Assembly (NCBI RefSeq): GCF_004010195.1
Contig: NC_057755.1
Location: 8,461,286 to 8,525,285, forward strand
Reading direction: 5' to 3'
From: Chiloscyllium plagiosum
Lineage: Eukaryota
DNA: 64,000 nucleotides
Shown: positions 35,301 to 45,559 of the stretch, one piece after another
Layout: each line of letters begins with the position of its first letter
How positions within the stretch are numbered: position 1 is the first letter of the stretch
Notes under the pieces: generated by a model
Told to the model about the DNA's origin: nothing
Database searches by the model: none
What the model saw: the letters and a program-made list of their open reading frames with translations, nothing else
Made by a program: the position numbers and the translations under genes

Positions 35301-38300
35301 TTTTCAGCCTCCTGCTTGTCCAGCTTTCAGATTTTACGGTCATTGGTCTTTAGCTCTCTGTAACTCACATGACAGAGCTCTGATCTTACAGAATCTGAGG
35401 CCCTTTACATAGGAAAACGAAATTCCTTCTTTTTCAGGATATCCAGATGTGATCTGCTTCTACTTTGTGTGATTCAATTGTGGGTATTGAGTATTTCTGC
35501 CCCCTACCCCAGTAAGTCCATTTCCCATCATTTCAGCCTCCCTTGCCTTCAAATAGTCCACTCAACTCTCTCTCTCAGCATCACCGAATGACACTTGAGA
35601 TCCCTCGGCTCCCCCGCTCCCCCAAACTCCATTTTTCCCAACCCTACTCCCAGGTTAATCTAGTTGTGAACATTTTCCATCTCAGGTGATCTGGTATCAA
35701 ACACGAAATCACATTCCCAATACTGACTGGGTGCTCTGTCAGTCACAATTAAAACAGCTCCCAATCTCAGAGATGGACACAGATCCCTCAGACACAAAGA
35801 CAGAGAGAGCTGGACAAGTCCGTGGTGACAAAGAACAGTGAACATTTGGAGACCAGTGACCCTTTTTGAGTCTGACAGCAGATCGGAAAAGGCTGACAGG
35901 GAAGGGGGTGGAAGAAAACATGAATAGGTGGATACAGAGCCAAGAAAGAGAGACAGGAACTCCTGAATAGAAAAGGGATGGAAGATAGTAAGCCAGAGAA
36001 GAAATGAGGCTTGGATAGGTGGGAATGGGGGCTATGAATGAGTGATAATGCTGAAAAAAGCACATGCCATAACAGGACCTGGGCTGTACGGAGGTGGACA
36101 TGGAGGAAGCTGTTCAGGCTTTAACATTAATGAACTTGATGTTGAGTCCTAAAGGCTACAGGGTCCCCAACCGGAAAATTGGACATTGTTTTTCCAGATT
36201 GTGCTGAGCTTCACTGGAATACTACAGCAAGCCTGAGAATGAGATGCTGGCCAGGGAACAAGAGGGTGTGTAGAAGTCGCGGGAAACTAGAAGCTCAGGG
36301 AGCTTTGAGAAATGGGGGCTGCTCATTGAGATCACTTCCTCGGCTTGCTGCTTCTGTCCACAGATTCCCTCCGCTGTCTCTGTAAGTCCATAAGGTATAG
36401 AAGGAGAGTGAGGCCATTCGTCCCCTCGACCCTGCTCTGCCATTCAATCGTCACTGATATGTTTTTCAACCCATTCCCCTGCCTTCTGCCCATAACCTTT
36501 GATCACCTAACAAATATGGAACCCATATATCTTAAATACACTCAATGACTCTGCTTCCACATCCTTTCTCTGACAATGAGTTCCTTCTCATCTCAGTTCT
36601 AAAGGGTCTTCCCTTTATCCTGAAGCTGTTTCCTCGGGTCCTAGTCTCCCTAATAATTTAAACATTTTCTCCATGTCCATTCTATCCAGGTTTCTCAGCA
36701 TTCTGTACATTTCAATCGGATTTCCATTCATCCTTCTGAACTCCATCAGGTGCTATTCGAGAGTCCTCAATTGTTTCTCAAGTGACAAACATTTCATCCC
36801 CAGGATCATTCTTGTGAACCTGCACTGGACCCAATGTCCATACATCCTTCCTTAGATATGGGCCCAGAACTGCTCACAATATTCCAAATACAGCCTGACA
36901 TTAAACAGACTCAACAACACATCTCTGCACTAGCATTCTAGCCCTCTCTGAAATGAATGCTAACATTGAATTTGCCTTCCTAACTGCCAGCTGTACCTTT
37001 ACGTTAACCTGAAGAATAACGTGAACTTGCACCAACAAGTCCTTTTGAGCTTCAGATTTCTGAAACCTTTCCCCATTCAAAAAGTACCTAACAAAGTGCA
37101 TAGCCTCATAGACAGAGTCAGGCAAACCGCATGTAGGTATTCATCTCTCACAAAACTGCAGGGGAGGATGTTTCTAAGATATCATCCTCATTTTGAGTCA
37201 GATCCCTTCTCACACTCTTCTGCATGTTTCATCTGTTTATTTTGAAGATCCACTTCATCCCGCATCTTTCCCTCTGGCCCTTATATCTGGAGGACTTGAG
37301 TATAAGGATGCAGAAGTTATGCTGCATTTATGTAAAATCGTGGTTAGACCCCACTTGTGTACTGTCAGCAGATCTAGGAATTACACCTCAGGAAGGATGC
37401 ATTGGCCTTGGAAGGTGTACAACGTAGGTTTATAAGAGTTATGCCTGGACTCCAGGGTTGAAAAGCGAGGACACAAATTTTGTCAGCTTGCTCTAGGACT
37501 TAGAAATGTAAGGGGTGATCGAGTGCAGTTTGAAGCTATTAACAGAGTAAATAAAGGTGAACGATTTCCTCTGGTTGTAAATTGTAAAATGAGTCTGAGA
37601 ATTAGTGCTAGATCATTCAGGAGAGATGTTCGGAAGCACTTCTACACACAATGACTAGTAGAGGTTTGGAACTCTCTTCCACAAATAACAATGGATGCAG
37701 TGACAGTTCTTAATGTTGGTAAATCGTCAGGCATCTTTGGTGCATCTAAGTCACTGATGCTAATTCCCTTCCTCCCCTCACCGCCCCCCACCCCCACCTC
37801 CCTTGACTCAAGTCCATCCTAGTTCTGGCTGTGATTATAAGTCTTTCTATCTAACCAGCCTTGCTCTCCTTCTTTGTCAGATTCAGTTGTTTCAAAGCGA
37901 TTGGCTGGCATGAGGTCAGCTGTGGTTTCCCTCATTATCACCATCACCCAATGTGTCCTGTTCTCGATATCGGCAACTATTCCCATCCTGGAGGTTCAGT
38001 ACATGTCCTTTATCCTACAAGTGATCAACCATTCCTTCCTATACGGGGGAGATGCTGCATTCATCAGCATTGTGTAAGTCTAGCCTCCATTATTTGGTGG
38101 GAAATCTTTCTTTCCGAGTAACAATGGGGAGGCAATGGCCTCGTGGCATTATCATCTGACTACTGATCCAGAAACTCGGGTAATATTCTGAGGACCCAGG
38201 TTCGAATCCTGCCGTGGCAGATGGCAGAATTTGAATTCAATAAAAAATAAGCCTGGAATTAGGGATCTCCCAATGACCAGAAAAATAATTGCCGAATGTC

Positions 38301-41300
38301 AGAGGAAAAAAAATACTGGCTGACTAATCCCTTCAGGGAGGGCCTCCATGAGGTCCCACAGCAATCCACAGGCGATTGACTCTCAACTGTTGTCTAAAAT
38401 GGCCCAGCAAGCCCTCAGTTGTACCAATTGTTCAGCCTACACGATCTGGGCTGCAGCAGTAGCTTACCACCACGTTCTCAAGAGCAACTATGGATGGGAA
38501 ATAAATTGTTGTCTAGCAATAGCCATCTCCAATGAGCTAGTAACACAAAAAATGCCTCCCAGCCGGTTCGGTCTGTGATTGGGAATGATGTGGTTAAGAT
38601 GGTGCAGTGGTAATGTCAGCTGACTAGTCATCGTCTCCACTTCTCTGGGCCCACTCCACCAACGTTCTAGATCCTTGGCACCATCAGGACAAGGTAGGGA
38701 GCGTGAACTTGTGCCCCATCTGGCACCTTTGCAATGCTCCTTCACCAACGCATGCCAAACCAGTCAACTCTATCAGCACAATGGAAATGATCAGCAGACG
38801 CATTGGAGCATCACCCACAAGTTCCACACTTGGAAATGCCTTCACTGTTCCTGTCAAAATCCAAAAACCTTCCTTCCTAATAGTAGGTAGATGGAATAGT
38901 GAAGAAGGCATTTGATGTACTTTCCTTTATTGTTCAGAGTATTGTTTACAGGAGTTGGGAGGTCACTTTGCAGCTGTACAGGACATTGGTTAGGCCACTG
39001 TTGGAATATTGCGTACAATTCTGGTCTCCTGCCTATCTGAAAAATGTTGTGAAACTTGAAAGGACTCAGAAAAGATTTACAAGGATGTTGCCAGGTTTGG
39101 ATGATTTGAGCTACAGGGAGAGGCTGGGGTTGTTTTTTCCTGGAGCGTTGGAGGCTGAGGGGTGACCTTATAGAAGTTTATAAAATCATGAAGGGAATGG
39201 ATAGGAAGCCTTTATTCCCGCAGTGGGGATTCCAGAACTAGATGGCATAGGTTTAGGATGAGAGGGGAAAGATGTAAAAGAGACCTAAGTGTCAACTGTT
39301 TCGTTCAGAGGGCGATACATATATGGAATGATCTGCCAGAGGAAGTGATGGAGGCTGGTACAATTGCAACAGTTAAAAAGCATCTGGACTGGTATATGAA
39401 TAGGAAGGGTTTGGAGGGATTTGGGCCGGGTGATGACAGGTGGAGCTAGTTGGGTTGGGATATCAGGTCGGCATGGACGAGTTGGACCGAAGGGTCTGTT
39501 TCCATGTTGTACATCTGTATGAATCCATGACTCTACTGCCAGTGTGTCATGGCTGGTGTGCAATGGCGCCAAAGCATGAGTTCAATTCCTGTACCAGCTG
39601 AGGTTGCCATGAAGGTCTTGCCTTTGCAAATTCTCCATTCATCTGAGCCTCAGGTTAAACCACAACCAATTCCGTCGCAGTAACGAAAGAGCCACCCCAT
39701 GTTTGGTTAAGAATATGGTGGCTTGATCTTTACCCCATCACGAGGGGTACCATGGATTAAGAAAGTAGATCCCACCACAATCTTAAAGACAATGAGTGAC
39801 TGGCAATAGACATCATACCTGCCAACTGATGCCCATATCCCATTAAAGGTACATTAAGTGATTCAAAGAATCTGATTTTGAAATGTGGTCTCAGTGATAG
39901 TGACACTGACAGCCATCATCGGATATTGTGGAAACAAACAGGACGGGAAGGAAGTCATTCTACCCTTACTTGGTGTCAATGTGATGATGGATACTCAACA
40001 ATGTGTTTGCAAGATGCTCAACTCGAGGTCAACTAAGGTATGGGGGGTGGGGGGGGGGTGGGGGGGGGGGTGAAACAAAGGCTGCTTCCACACTCCAGGG
40101 ATTCTACAAGATGAGTTGATTGCTTAGAATCCCAACATTATAATCTATGCAATAAGCCTCTACTTGAAAAATCTCTTGAACCCACGGTCCCTTGAATAGT
40201 TGATCGAAGCATAAAGCAAAGTTTTAGCCAGAGAGGGGTATGGTAATAAAACTTCTTACGAAATGTAAGTTTTCGGGCTATTGTGCAAATGCAAACATGG
40301 GATGCCAGATAAACTGACGAGAATGTAAATGTTTTAATAACCAAATGACTTAAAATATGTGGTTGGTAGTTTGTGTGAAAATAATGCTAAGCTGAATGTA
40401 CCTCTCCCTGATTGCACTGGAAATGGGAGTTTTACCAGGATGGCGCTTTGGCTGAAGAGTTTCAGTTATGGAGAAAGGTTAGACAGATTGGGATTGTATT
40501 CCTTGCAACAGAGGAGAGTGAAGGGGGACGGAATTTAGGTGTATAAAATCATGAGGGGCATAGCTAGTGTCGACAGGCAGAAACTATTCCCCCTTGACAG
40601 AAGTGTCAATAAACAGAGGGAATAGATTCAAGTGAGGGAGCAGGAGGTTTAGAGGAAATTCAGGGAAATTTCCTTCATTCAGAGGATGGGGTGGGAATGT
40701 GGAACTTGTTGCCTGTAAGGGTGGAAGAGGCAGAAACCCTCATCACATTGAAGAATGATTTAGATGTGCATTTGCCAAGGCATACAAAGTGAAAGTGCTG
40801 GGAAATTGGATTAGAATAGGTAGCTGGTGGTTTTTTGACTAGTGCTGATTTGAAAGGCAAAAAAAAGCCTTTAGGTGCTGGAAGTCTCCATGATTCTATG
40901 GCAGGCTGATAGTGAACATCTTGCTCAATGTCATTCTCTGATTCGTTTCCTTCATTCCTGTTCTTTCTTGTTCCCTTCAGGTACCCCTCCTGTCATTTTG
41001 GGAAAATCTATGGCGTGGGACAGACTCTCTCAGCATTTATTTCGCTGCTTCAGTACCCTTGCTTCGCACTGATCCAGGGACCCTTGAATAATGACCCTCT
41101 TTTTGTGAGTGTGTGCCACCAATCAGGATTTTCAGATCCCCTCTGTGAATATTCCTGAAAAAGCCAAGGGTCAAATATGAAGCACATATGAGGCATGTTC
41201 TGAAGTATCAGACTTGGAGTGTGAGGGCGTGTCACAGAAGATGGGGAAGACACAGAGAATGCGGGAAGACACAAGATGGAGAAAAAGAGGATAGATGGAA

Positions 41301-43440
41301 CAGAAGAAAAGATCGAGATTGGAACTAGAGAATGTAGAGTGAGAGAAATTGAGAGGAGGTGAGAGTAGAGGGAGAGAGGAGTGAAGAATATGGGGAGGAG
41401 AGAGACAAGAGTTGGCAGGGAGAGAGAGAGAGAGAGATAGCGTGTATAGAGTTGATTGAGAGAGCGAGGACATAGAAAGAAAGAAGAGGTTTGGAAATGG
41501 GAGAGAGAGGAGAGAGTGAAGAGAGAGAGAGGGACAGAGAAGAGAAAGGGGGAGGGAAGAAGAGAGCACAGGGAGAGAGAATGAGGCAATAAGAGAAAAT
41601 CGAGGGAGATCAGGAGAGAGGGAATGTTGAAATGATGAAGGAGTGAGAGGTGAGAAGGAGAAGGGATTTGGAAGTGGACAGTATGAAAGGAGGAAGAGGG
41701 AAAGGGGAGTGAGAAAGAGAGTGAAGAGTGAGGTTGGATAGCGAGAAGGGGAAGGGCAGAAATCCCAAAGAGAGAGACAGGGCACGAAAGAGTGAGAAAG
41801 AGAGAGAGAGAAAGAGAGAGAGAGATGAAAAGATAAATAAGTTGAGGAGGGGAATGAGTGGAGTATCTCTGACGCCACTATTTCAAAATATAATCAAACG
41901 AGAAGTCTCTTCTAGTTTCCAAAAGGTGAAGACAGATGTGTAGCTGATCTCACACCCTCTTTGTTATCTGTCCGGGCCTCTAAAAGGAATATAATACTGA
42001 GACACAGAATTAGGTTGTTTTCTGGAGGCAAATAACCCTCAGAGAAAAATCCACTTAAATCATCGTTATATTAAGCACAGGCAAACAAGAGAAACAAATG
42101 CAACTTGTCAGGAGAACTGAGAACAAGAAATTTACCAAGATGTTACCTGGGCTGGAGAGTCTCAGTTATGAAGAGAGTTTGGACAGGCTGGGGCTGTTTT
42201 CCTTAGAGCAGAGGAGACTGAGAGGGGACATGATTTTGATGGATAATATAATGAGGCGCAAAGATATGGCAGGAATATTTCCCTTTGACAGAGGGATCAA
42301 TGACCCAGGGCATGGATTTAATGTAAAGGGTCAGGGGTTTTAAAGGGGACATGAGGAAATGTTTTTCACCCAGAGGGTGGTGGGATTGTTGCACCCACTG
42401 CTTGTTAATGGTGGGAGAGGCAGAAACACTCATCACACTGAAGAGGTAATTAGATATGCACTTGCGATGCAGAGGTAGATAAGGCTGTGGGCCAAGGGAT
42501 GGGAAATGGGATTGGAATAGTTAGGTGGTTGGTTTTGACTTGCACAGATTTGATGGGCTGAAGAGTCTTCCTTGTGTTGTAGCCCTCAATGACTTTCAGA
42601 AAAGACAGATTGAAGATTAATCAAGCATAAGGAAGAATTAAGACATGAAATGGCACATTGTCTTCCTGAGTACATTATTTGAACTAATATGTGACACAGG
42701 TTCAATATTGAATCACTACAGTGCAAAAAGAGGCCATTCAGTCCATCAAGTCAACACCGATCCTCCAAAGAGAATCCAACCCAGACCAACCACCACCCAA
42801 TCTATGTACTTACACTTCCCATGGCTAGCCCACCAAGCCTGCACACTCTGGGCAATTTTTCATGGCCAATTCACCTGAACTGCACATCTTTGGACCATAG
42901 GAGGAGACTGGAGCACCCAGAGGAAACCTACACAGACACAGAGAGAACTTGAAAACTCCACTCAACCAGTCATGCTAGGGTGAATTGAACCCAGGTCCCT
43001 GCTAACACAATGGTTAGTACTGCTGCGAGGTAGCAGTGCTAACCATTGTGTCACATTGCCATTCCAGCTCAAAGCAAAATAGTTTGAAATGATAGAAAGC
43101 AAAACCTGGCAGTGATTGGAACAAATTGGATTTCCTTTTGGAAACTGCAGGAAAAATACATGGAAAAGATGGTGTTCTCCTACTCTGCATCTTTCTATTG
43201 TTTCAGGAAAGGAAGATCGAGATTGAATGCATTGGGATATTCTCATTGTTGTGAACTTTTCTCTCCATTTTGATGCAGGTGAACATTGGATTCATTGTTC
43301 TGGTAATCCTAACCTACACACATCCCTTAAACCTGTACCTGCACTGGCGACAGGAACTCCAACAAAGCAGAACAAAACAGAATCCCCAAGTTGGGGTCAA
43401 AATACAGGGAGATGAGCTGACGAAGGACACAGATGTCTGA
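5158..43440 (+). CDS. slc43a3: SLC43A3-like equilibrative nucleobase transporter (MFS), full gene span, 12 coding exons, 548 aa predicted
   Basis: Exons 190+133+47+77+93+140+200+168+120+193+124+162 = 1647 nt, open throughout, all introns GT..AG with matching phases. Motifs [82 protein letters not shown] match SLC43A3 as recalled, rather than SLC43A1/2. Confidence 0.93.
5405..5905 (-). mobile_element. CR1/L2 LINE 3' fragment
   Basis: Reverse-strand [17 protein letters not shown] remnant. Confidence 0.75.
5962..6094 (+). CDS. slc43a3: SLC43A3-like coding exon 2
   Basis: tttcatag|; [43 protein letters not shown]; |gtgagt. Confidence 0.93.
6501..6547 (+). CDS. slc43a3: SLC43A3-like coding exon 3
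   Basis: cctttttcag|; [15 protein letters not shown]; |gtgagt; 47 nt keeps frame. Confidence 0.92.
7165..7870 (-). mobile_element. CR1/L2 3' fragment with nested inverted Penelope repeat (7440-7592)
   Basis: [15 protein letters not shown] motif on the minus strand, interrupted. Confidence 0.75.
9950..10026 (+). CDS. slc43a3: SLC43A3-like coding exon 4
   Basis: tgtccacag|; [25 protein letters not shown]; |gtagtg. Confidence 0.9.
10290..10607 (-). mobile_element. Diverged HE1/V-SINE copy
   Basis: Similar to 17396-17700 (cacatcttcggg...aaaccagagcacccagaggaaaccca...ctaaccactgagccacc). Confidence 0.75.
11205..11560 (+). mobile_element. Rex1/Babar-like LINE 3' end
   Basis: [17 protein letters not shown]...GRRYKSL...RFKNSF-type remnant; same family as 50375-51130. 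Confidence 0.65.
12265..12357 (+). CDS. slc43a3: SLC43A3-like coding exon 5
   Basis: ttcctag|; [31 protein letters not shown]; |gtgagt. Confidence 0.93.
12620..13075 (+). mobile_element. CR1 LINE 3' fragment; a short inverted CR1 tail lies at 12385-12555
   Basis: RLRGD..EV.KI, WNELPEE motifs and 3' UTR. Confidence 0.8.
13822..13961 (+). CDS. slc43a3: SLC43A3-like coding exon 6
   Basis: cccctag|; [47 protein letters not shown]; |gtaaga. Confidence 0.93.
14545..15130 (+). mobile_element. CR1/L2 LINE 3' fragment
   Basis: LQLY..LIRPH.E remnant; tail ggctgaatggcctcctcctgttcctatgt. Confidence 0.75.
16362..18150 (+). mobile_element. CR1 LINE ORF2 (RT) fragment to 3' end, frameshifted, with nested HE1 SINE
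   Basis: [53 protein letters not shown]. Confidence 0.93.
17396..17700 (-). mobile_element. HE1-like (V-domain) tRNA-derived SINE, near full length
   Basis: Minus strand: A-box TGGCACAGTGG, B-box GGTTCAATTCC, V core gtgggtttcctccgggtgctccggtttcctcccacagtccaaag, CR1-like tail. Confidence 0.9.
18562..18683. repeat. Long inverted repeat, 56-bp arms (2 mismatches), 10-nt loop
   Basis: 18562-18617 vs reverse complement of 18628-18683. Confidence 0.95.
20966..21066. mobile_element. Palindromic Penelope-type terminal-repeat insertion with 9-bp target-site duplication
   Basis: TAGGAATAG at 20957-20965 and 21067-21075; perfect 32-bp arms; tail ccagcatctgcagtc shared with the repeat at 53026-53040. 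Confidence 0.85.
21814..22653. other. Assembly gap (840 N)
   Basis: N run. Confidence 1.
23260..23990 (-). mobile_element. CR1/L2 3' fragment
   Basis: Similar to 7165-7870 and 36390-37085. Confidence 0.7.
24840..25480 (+). mobile_element. CR1 3' fragment
   Basis: Decayed VML.LYR.L.RP..CVQFW, WNEL motifs and 3' UTR. Confidence 0.8.
25705..26055 (+). mobile_element. Two adjacent tRNA-derived SINEs; the second belongs to the family at 38125-38545 and 9270-9590 (minus)
   Basis: A/B-box-like heads (tggtggtattattgg...ggattcgagtcc; cagatggtggagtttgaatt). Confidence 0.6.
26900..27930. mobile_element. Back-to-back CR1/L2 3' fragments (minus 26900-27300, plus 27300-27930)
   Basis: [30 protein letters not shown] motifs; tail cttatgaacttatg. 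Confidence 0.8.
28601..28800 (+). CDS. slc43a3: SLC43A3-like coding exon 7 (acidic cytoplasmic central loop)
   Basis: gggcag|; [20 protein letters not shown]...TKAST; CAG|gtgcga. Phase 2 in and phase 1 out bridges exons 6 and 8. The loop is poorly conserved, so boundaries rest on splice signals and frame. Confidence 0.8.
29678..31572 (-). mobile_element. Probable solo LTR (about 730 bp without the nested CR1)
   Basis: TGTTACGA...TCATAATCA termini flanked by GATAT on both sides; minus-strand TATAAAA at 31285-31291 and AATAAA at 29811-29816 in U3-R-U5 order. Confidence 0.6.
30055..31222 (-). mobile_element. CR1 RT fragment to 3' end, nested in the solo LTR
   Basis: [26 protein letters not shown] (gtgtcatctgcaaa) on the minus strand. 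Confidence 0.9.
31625..31793. mobile_element. Inverted pair of Penelope-type terminal repeats
   Basis: aagttaaaaaatcaca...cactagctttc versus aaagctagtg...tgtgatttttaactt. Confidence 0.8.
31671..31715 (-). ncRNA. Minimal type I hammerhead ribozyme motif (Penelope-associated)
   Basis: Minus strand: AAACCAC-CUGAUGA-A-GGAG-agcagca-CUCU-GAAA-GCUA^GUGUUUU. All core nucleotides present; stem I 6/7 paired; stem II 4 bp; palindromic AGCU stem III. Confidence 0.7.
32217..32384 (+). CDS. slc43a3: SLC43A3-like coding exon 8
   Basis: ccctgcag|; [55 protein letters not shown]; |gtaagg. Confidence 0.92.
32700..33520 (-). mobile_element. CR1 RT C-terminal fragment to 3' end
   Basis: [37 protein letters not shown]. 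Confidence 0.9.
34275..34432. mobile_element. Inverted pair of Penelope-type terminal repeats (decayed cores)
   Basis: ttgctggagaaacgcagcaggtctggcagcgtcagtggagagag versus ctctctccactgaagctgccagacctgttgagtttctgcagcaa. Confidence 0.75.
34630..34749 (+). CDS. slc43a3: SLC43A3-like coding exon 9
   Basis: catccttag|; [40 protein letters not shown]; |gtaaat. Confidence 0.92.
35830..36380 (-). mobile_element. Penelope-like element 3' end (GIY-YIG C-terminal remnant plus terminal repeat)
   Basis: Minus strand [25 protein letters not shown] resembles the Penelope C-terminus; followed by a pyrimidine-rich tract and a decayed gggtcactgg core at about 35840-35870. Confidence 0.65.
36390..37715. mobile_element. 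CR1/L2 fragments (minus 36390-37085, plus 37280-37715)
   Basis: [30 protein letters not shown]. Confidence 0.75.
37881..38073 (+). CDS. slc43a3: SLC43A3-like coding exon 10
   Basis: tttgtcag|; [64 protein letters not shown]; |gtaagt. Confidence 0.92.
38125..38545 (+). mobile_element. tRNA-derived SINE with L2/CR1-type tail
   Basis: tggcctcgtgg A-box, ggttcgaatcc B-box, tail gcttaccaccacgttctcaagagcaactatggatggg. Confidence 0.75.
38895..39535 (+). mobile_element. CR1 3' fragment
   Basis: [21 protein letters not shown]...RFTRMLPGL. Confidence 0.9.
40430..40900 (+). mobile_element. CR1 3' fragment; related copy at 42120-42595
   Basis: [18 protein letters not shown] motif. Confidence 0.75.
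40981..41104 (+). CDS. slc43a3: SLC43A3-like coding exon 11
   Basis: ttcccttcag|; [41 protein letters not shown]; |gtgagt. Confidence 0.93.
41240..41855. repeat. Polypurine (GA-rich) low-complexity tract in the last intron
   Basis: Direct reading. Confidence 0.85.
42705..43055 (-). mobile_element. Diverged HE1/V-SINE
   Basis: catggccaattcacctgaactgcacatctttggac...ggagcacccagaggaaacc...gcagtgctaaccattgtg. Confidence 0.8.
43279..43440 (+). CDS. slc43a3: SLC43A3-like terminal coding exon 12
   Basis: tttgatgcag|; [29 protein letters not shown]...KDTDV then TGA 43438-43440. Confidence 0.9.
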   Translation: MNIGFIVLVILTYTHPLNLYLHWRQELQQSRTKQNPQVGVKIQGDELTKDTDV

Positions 43441-44008
43441 GCTGCTCGCCCGTTACTCGTTATGTGTGTGTCGGGTCTATCCGTCTATGTGTGTACATCA
43501 GTCTGTGTGTATCTGTGTGACAATATGTGTATGTGTGTGACTGTGTGTGTGTGTCTGTTGTCCCTGTGTGAATCTCTATGTATATGTGAGAGTATGTTTA
43601 TTTCTGTGTCTGTGAGTATGTATGTGTGTCTGTGATAATCAATGTGTCTGTGGGTGTGTTTTGAATTTAGTAGGGTAAGGCTGTGCAGGCTGAGGGCTGC
43701 AGTTTGGATGTAGACGAGGAGGGCTTTGGGAGTAAAGTGGAGCCTGGGAACCCACAGAAGTGTGGTGTGCAGTACGGAGGGGTTAGGTGGACGAGGTGAC
43801 GATGTGGAGGTTGAGCCTTCACATGGTGGGGGGTAAGACTGCTTGAGACAAGGTGATTGTGAAGTTTGGATGTGAAGTAAAGTACAGAATGAAACCTATG
43901 CCAAGCCAATCATTTATTTGAAAGTATCAATGACAAAACCTTTCGATTCTGATGGTATCAGGAGTTGCACTATTCTGTGATAGATTGTTCTGAAGCCGTT
44001 CAGTTATT

Positions 44009-44052
44009 AATAAACAGTGTTATCTATTTTGAAATAAGTTTGTTTTTGTTTA
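44009..44052 (+). terminator. Probable polyadenylation signal of the SLC43A3-like gene
   Basis: AATAAA at 44009-44014, about 570 nt after the stop, followed by a GT/T-rich element (ttgtttttgttt) near 44040. Confidence 0.6.
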
Positions 44053-44693
44053 GTCTGGGGATCACCCAATACCAATATCCCTCTACTGTCTCCTTCCACT
44101 GTTATTTCTCTTTCTCCCTTATCCCTTGTAGTTACCTCTCACTATTCTCCTTCTTCCTTATTCCCCTTCCTTCACAAACCTCTCTGCAACTAACCCCCCA
44201 TTCTTTCGGATCGCCTTTGGTTCTTCGTTTTCTCTCTCTCCTACATCTGCCGATTCAACTTTCTCCCCTGATTCCCATTCTTCTTGCTGTCCCCTCCTCT
44301 CACCATTCATGTCGTCTGCCTCTGCCTCTCTTTCATTCTCACTTCTCACTTCTGTCTCCTCTTCCCATCTCGTCTCCCAATTCCCTGCCTTTCACAATAT
44401 ACTTCCCATTGCTCGCTCCCACTCTAATGCTGCATCTCTCCCTTCCTGTTCAATCCCCCCCTTCTCTCCCTCTCTATGTTTCTGTAGCAGCACTTTCTCA
44501 TCTCTCCATTGCACATCTCTGTAGATCTTCACTCCTCCAAATCACGATCTCAACATTTATAGCTGTATCATTCTGTACAGAGAAGTGATTCGCTTTTTAT
44601 GAATGGTGGAATTGTCTTCAGAAGTATCCTGCAGGAATGAAATCCCCTCTCTGTTTGCAAAATCATAATCCTGGACCACCACCACCCCCCCGC

Positions 44694-44749
44694 NNNNNNN
44701 NNNNNNNNNNNNNNNNNNNNNNNNNNNNNNNNNNNNNNNNNNNNNNNNN
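44694..44749. other. Assembly gap (56 N)
   Basis: N run. Confidence 1.
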
Positions 44750-45285
44750 CAAAGCCTGTCCAGCATTCACAAGATACAAGTAAGGAGTGCGATGGAATAC
44801 TCCTCACTTGTTTGGATGGGTGCAGCTCGAATAACACTCAAGAGGCTTGACACCATCCAGGACAGAGCAGCCCACTTGATTGGCCCTACATCCACAAACA
44901 TTCACTCCCACCATCACTGATTGTCTGTAGCAGCAATGCGTACTATCTACAAGATGCACAACAGAAATTAACCGAAGATCCTCAGACAGCACCATCTAAA
45001 CCCATGACCACTTTCATCTAAAAAGGTCAAGGGCAGCAGATAATTGGGAACACCACCACTTGCAAGTTTCCCTCCAGGTCACTCATCATCCTGACTTGGA
45101 AACATATCACCGTTCCTTCACTGTCTCTGGGTCAAAATCCTGGAATTCACTCCCTAACGGGAACACACAGCACACGGACGGCAACAGTTTAAGAAGGCAG
45201 CTCACCCCCACCTTCTCAAGTGGGCAATGAGGGCAAAAATTGTTGGGTTCAGCCAGTGGTGCCCACATCCCACGAGTGAAAAAAT
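44750..45285 (+). mobile_element. L2/CR1-clade LINE 3' end; related copy at 8770-9760
   Basis: aagggcagcagat..tgggaacaccaccacttgcaag...aaggcagctcacc.ccaccttctcaag tail. Confidence 0.7.
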
Positions 45286-45559
45286 AATTTTGATGAGATC
45301 CTGCCTCTTCTCAAAAGCAAACCAGCAGATAGATGTAATTGAAAACACAGCAAGTCTCTCACAATTGGGAGAGATACAGTAACAAACTCTAAACTTCCCT
45401 CCCTCCACAATATTAAAGTTGTAAGTGATATAAAATGACTAATAAGAAGGTACGAGAGAAACACGGAAACAAAATGGAACATTCTGGAAATGTCCAGCAG
45501 ATTAGGCAGCAGCTTGAGGGAGTGCTCACAAGAGCATATTAGGTTCATGTCCCTTGTTA

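Noticed and set aside
41050..44588. Leu/Ser/Pro-rich ORFs (41050-41878, 43965-44588; also 13186-13707 and 62460-63097)
   Set aside because: Translations of polypurine/polypyrimidine low-complexity tracts.
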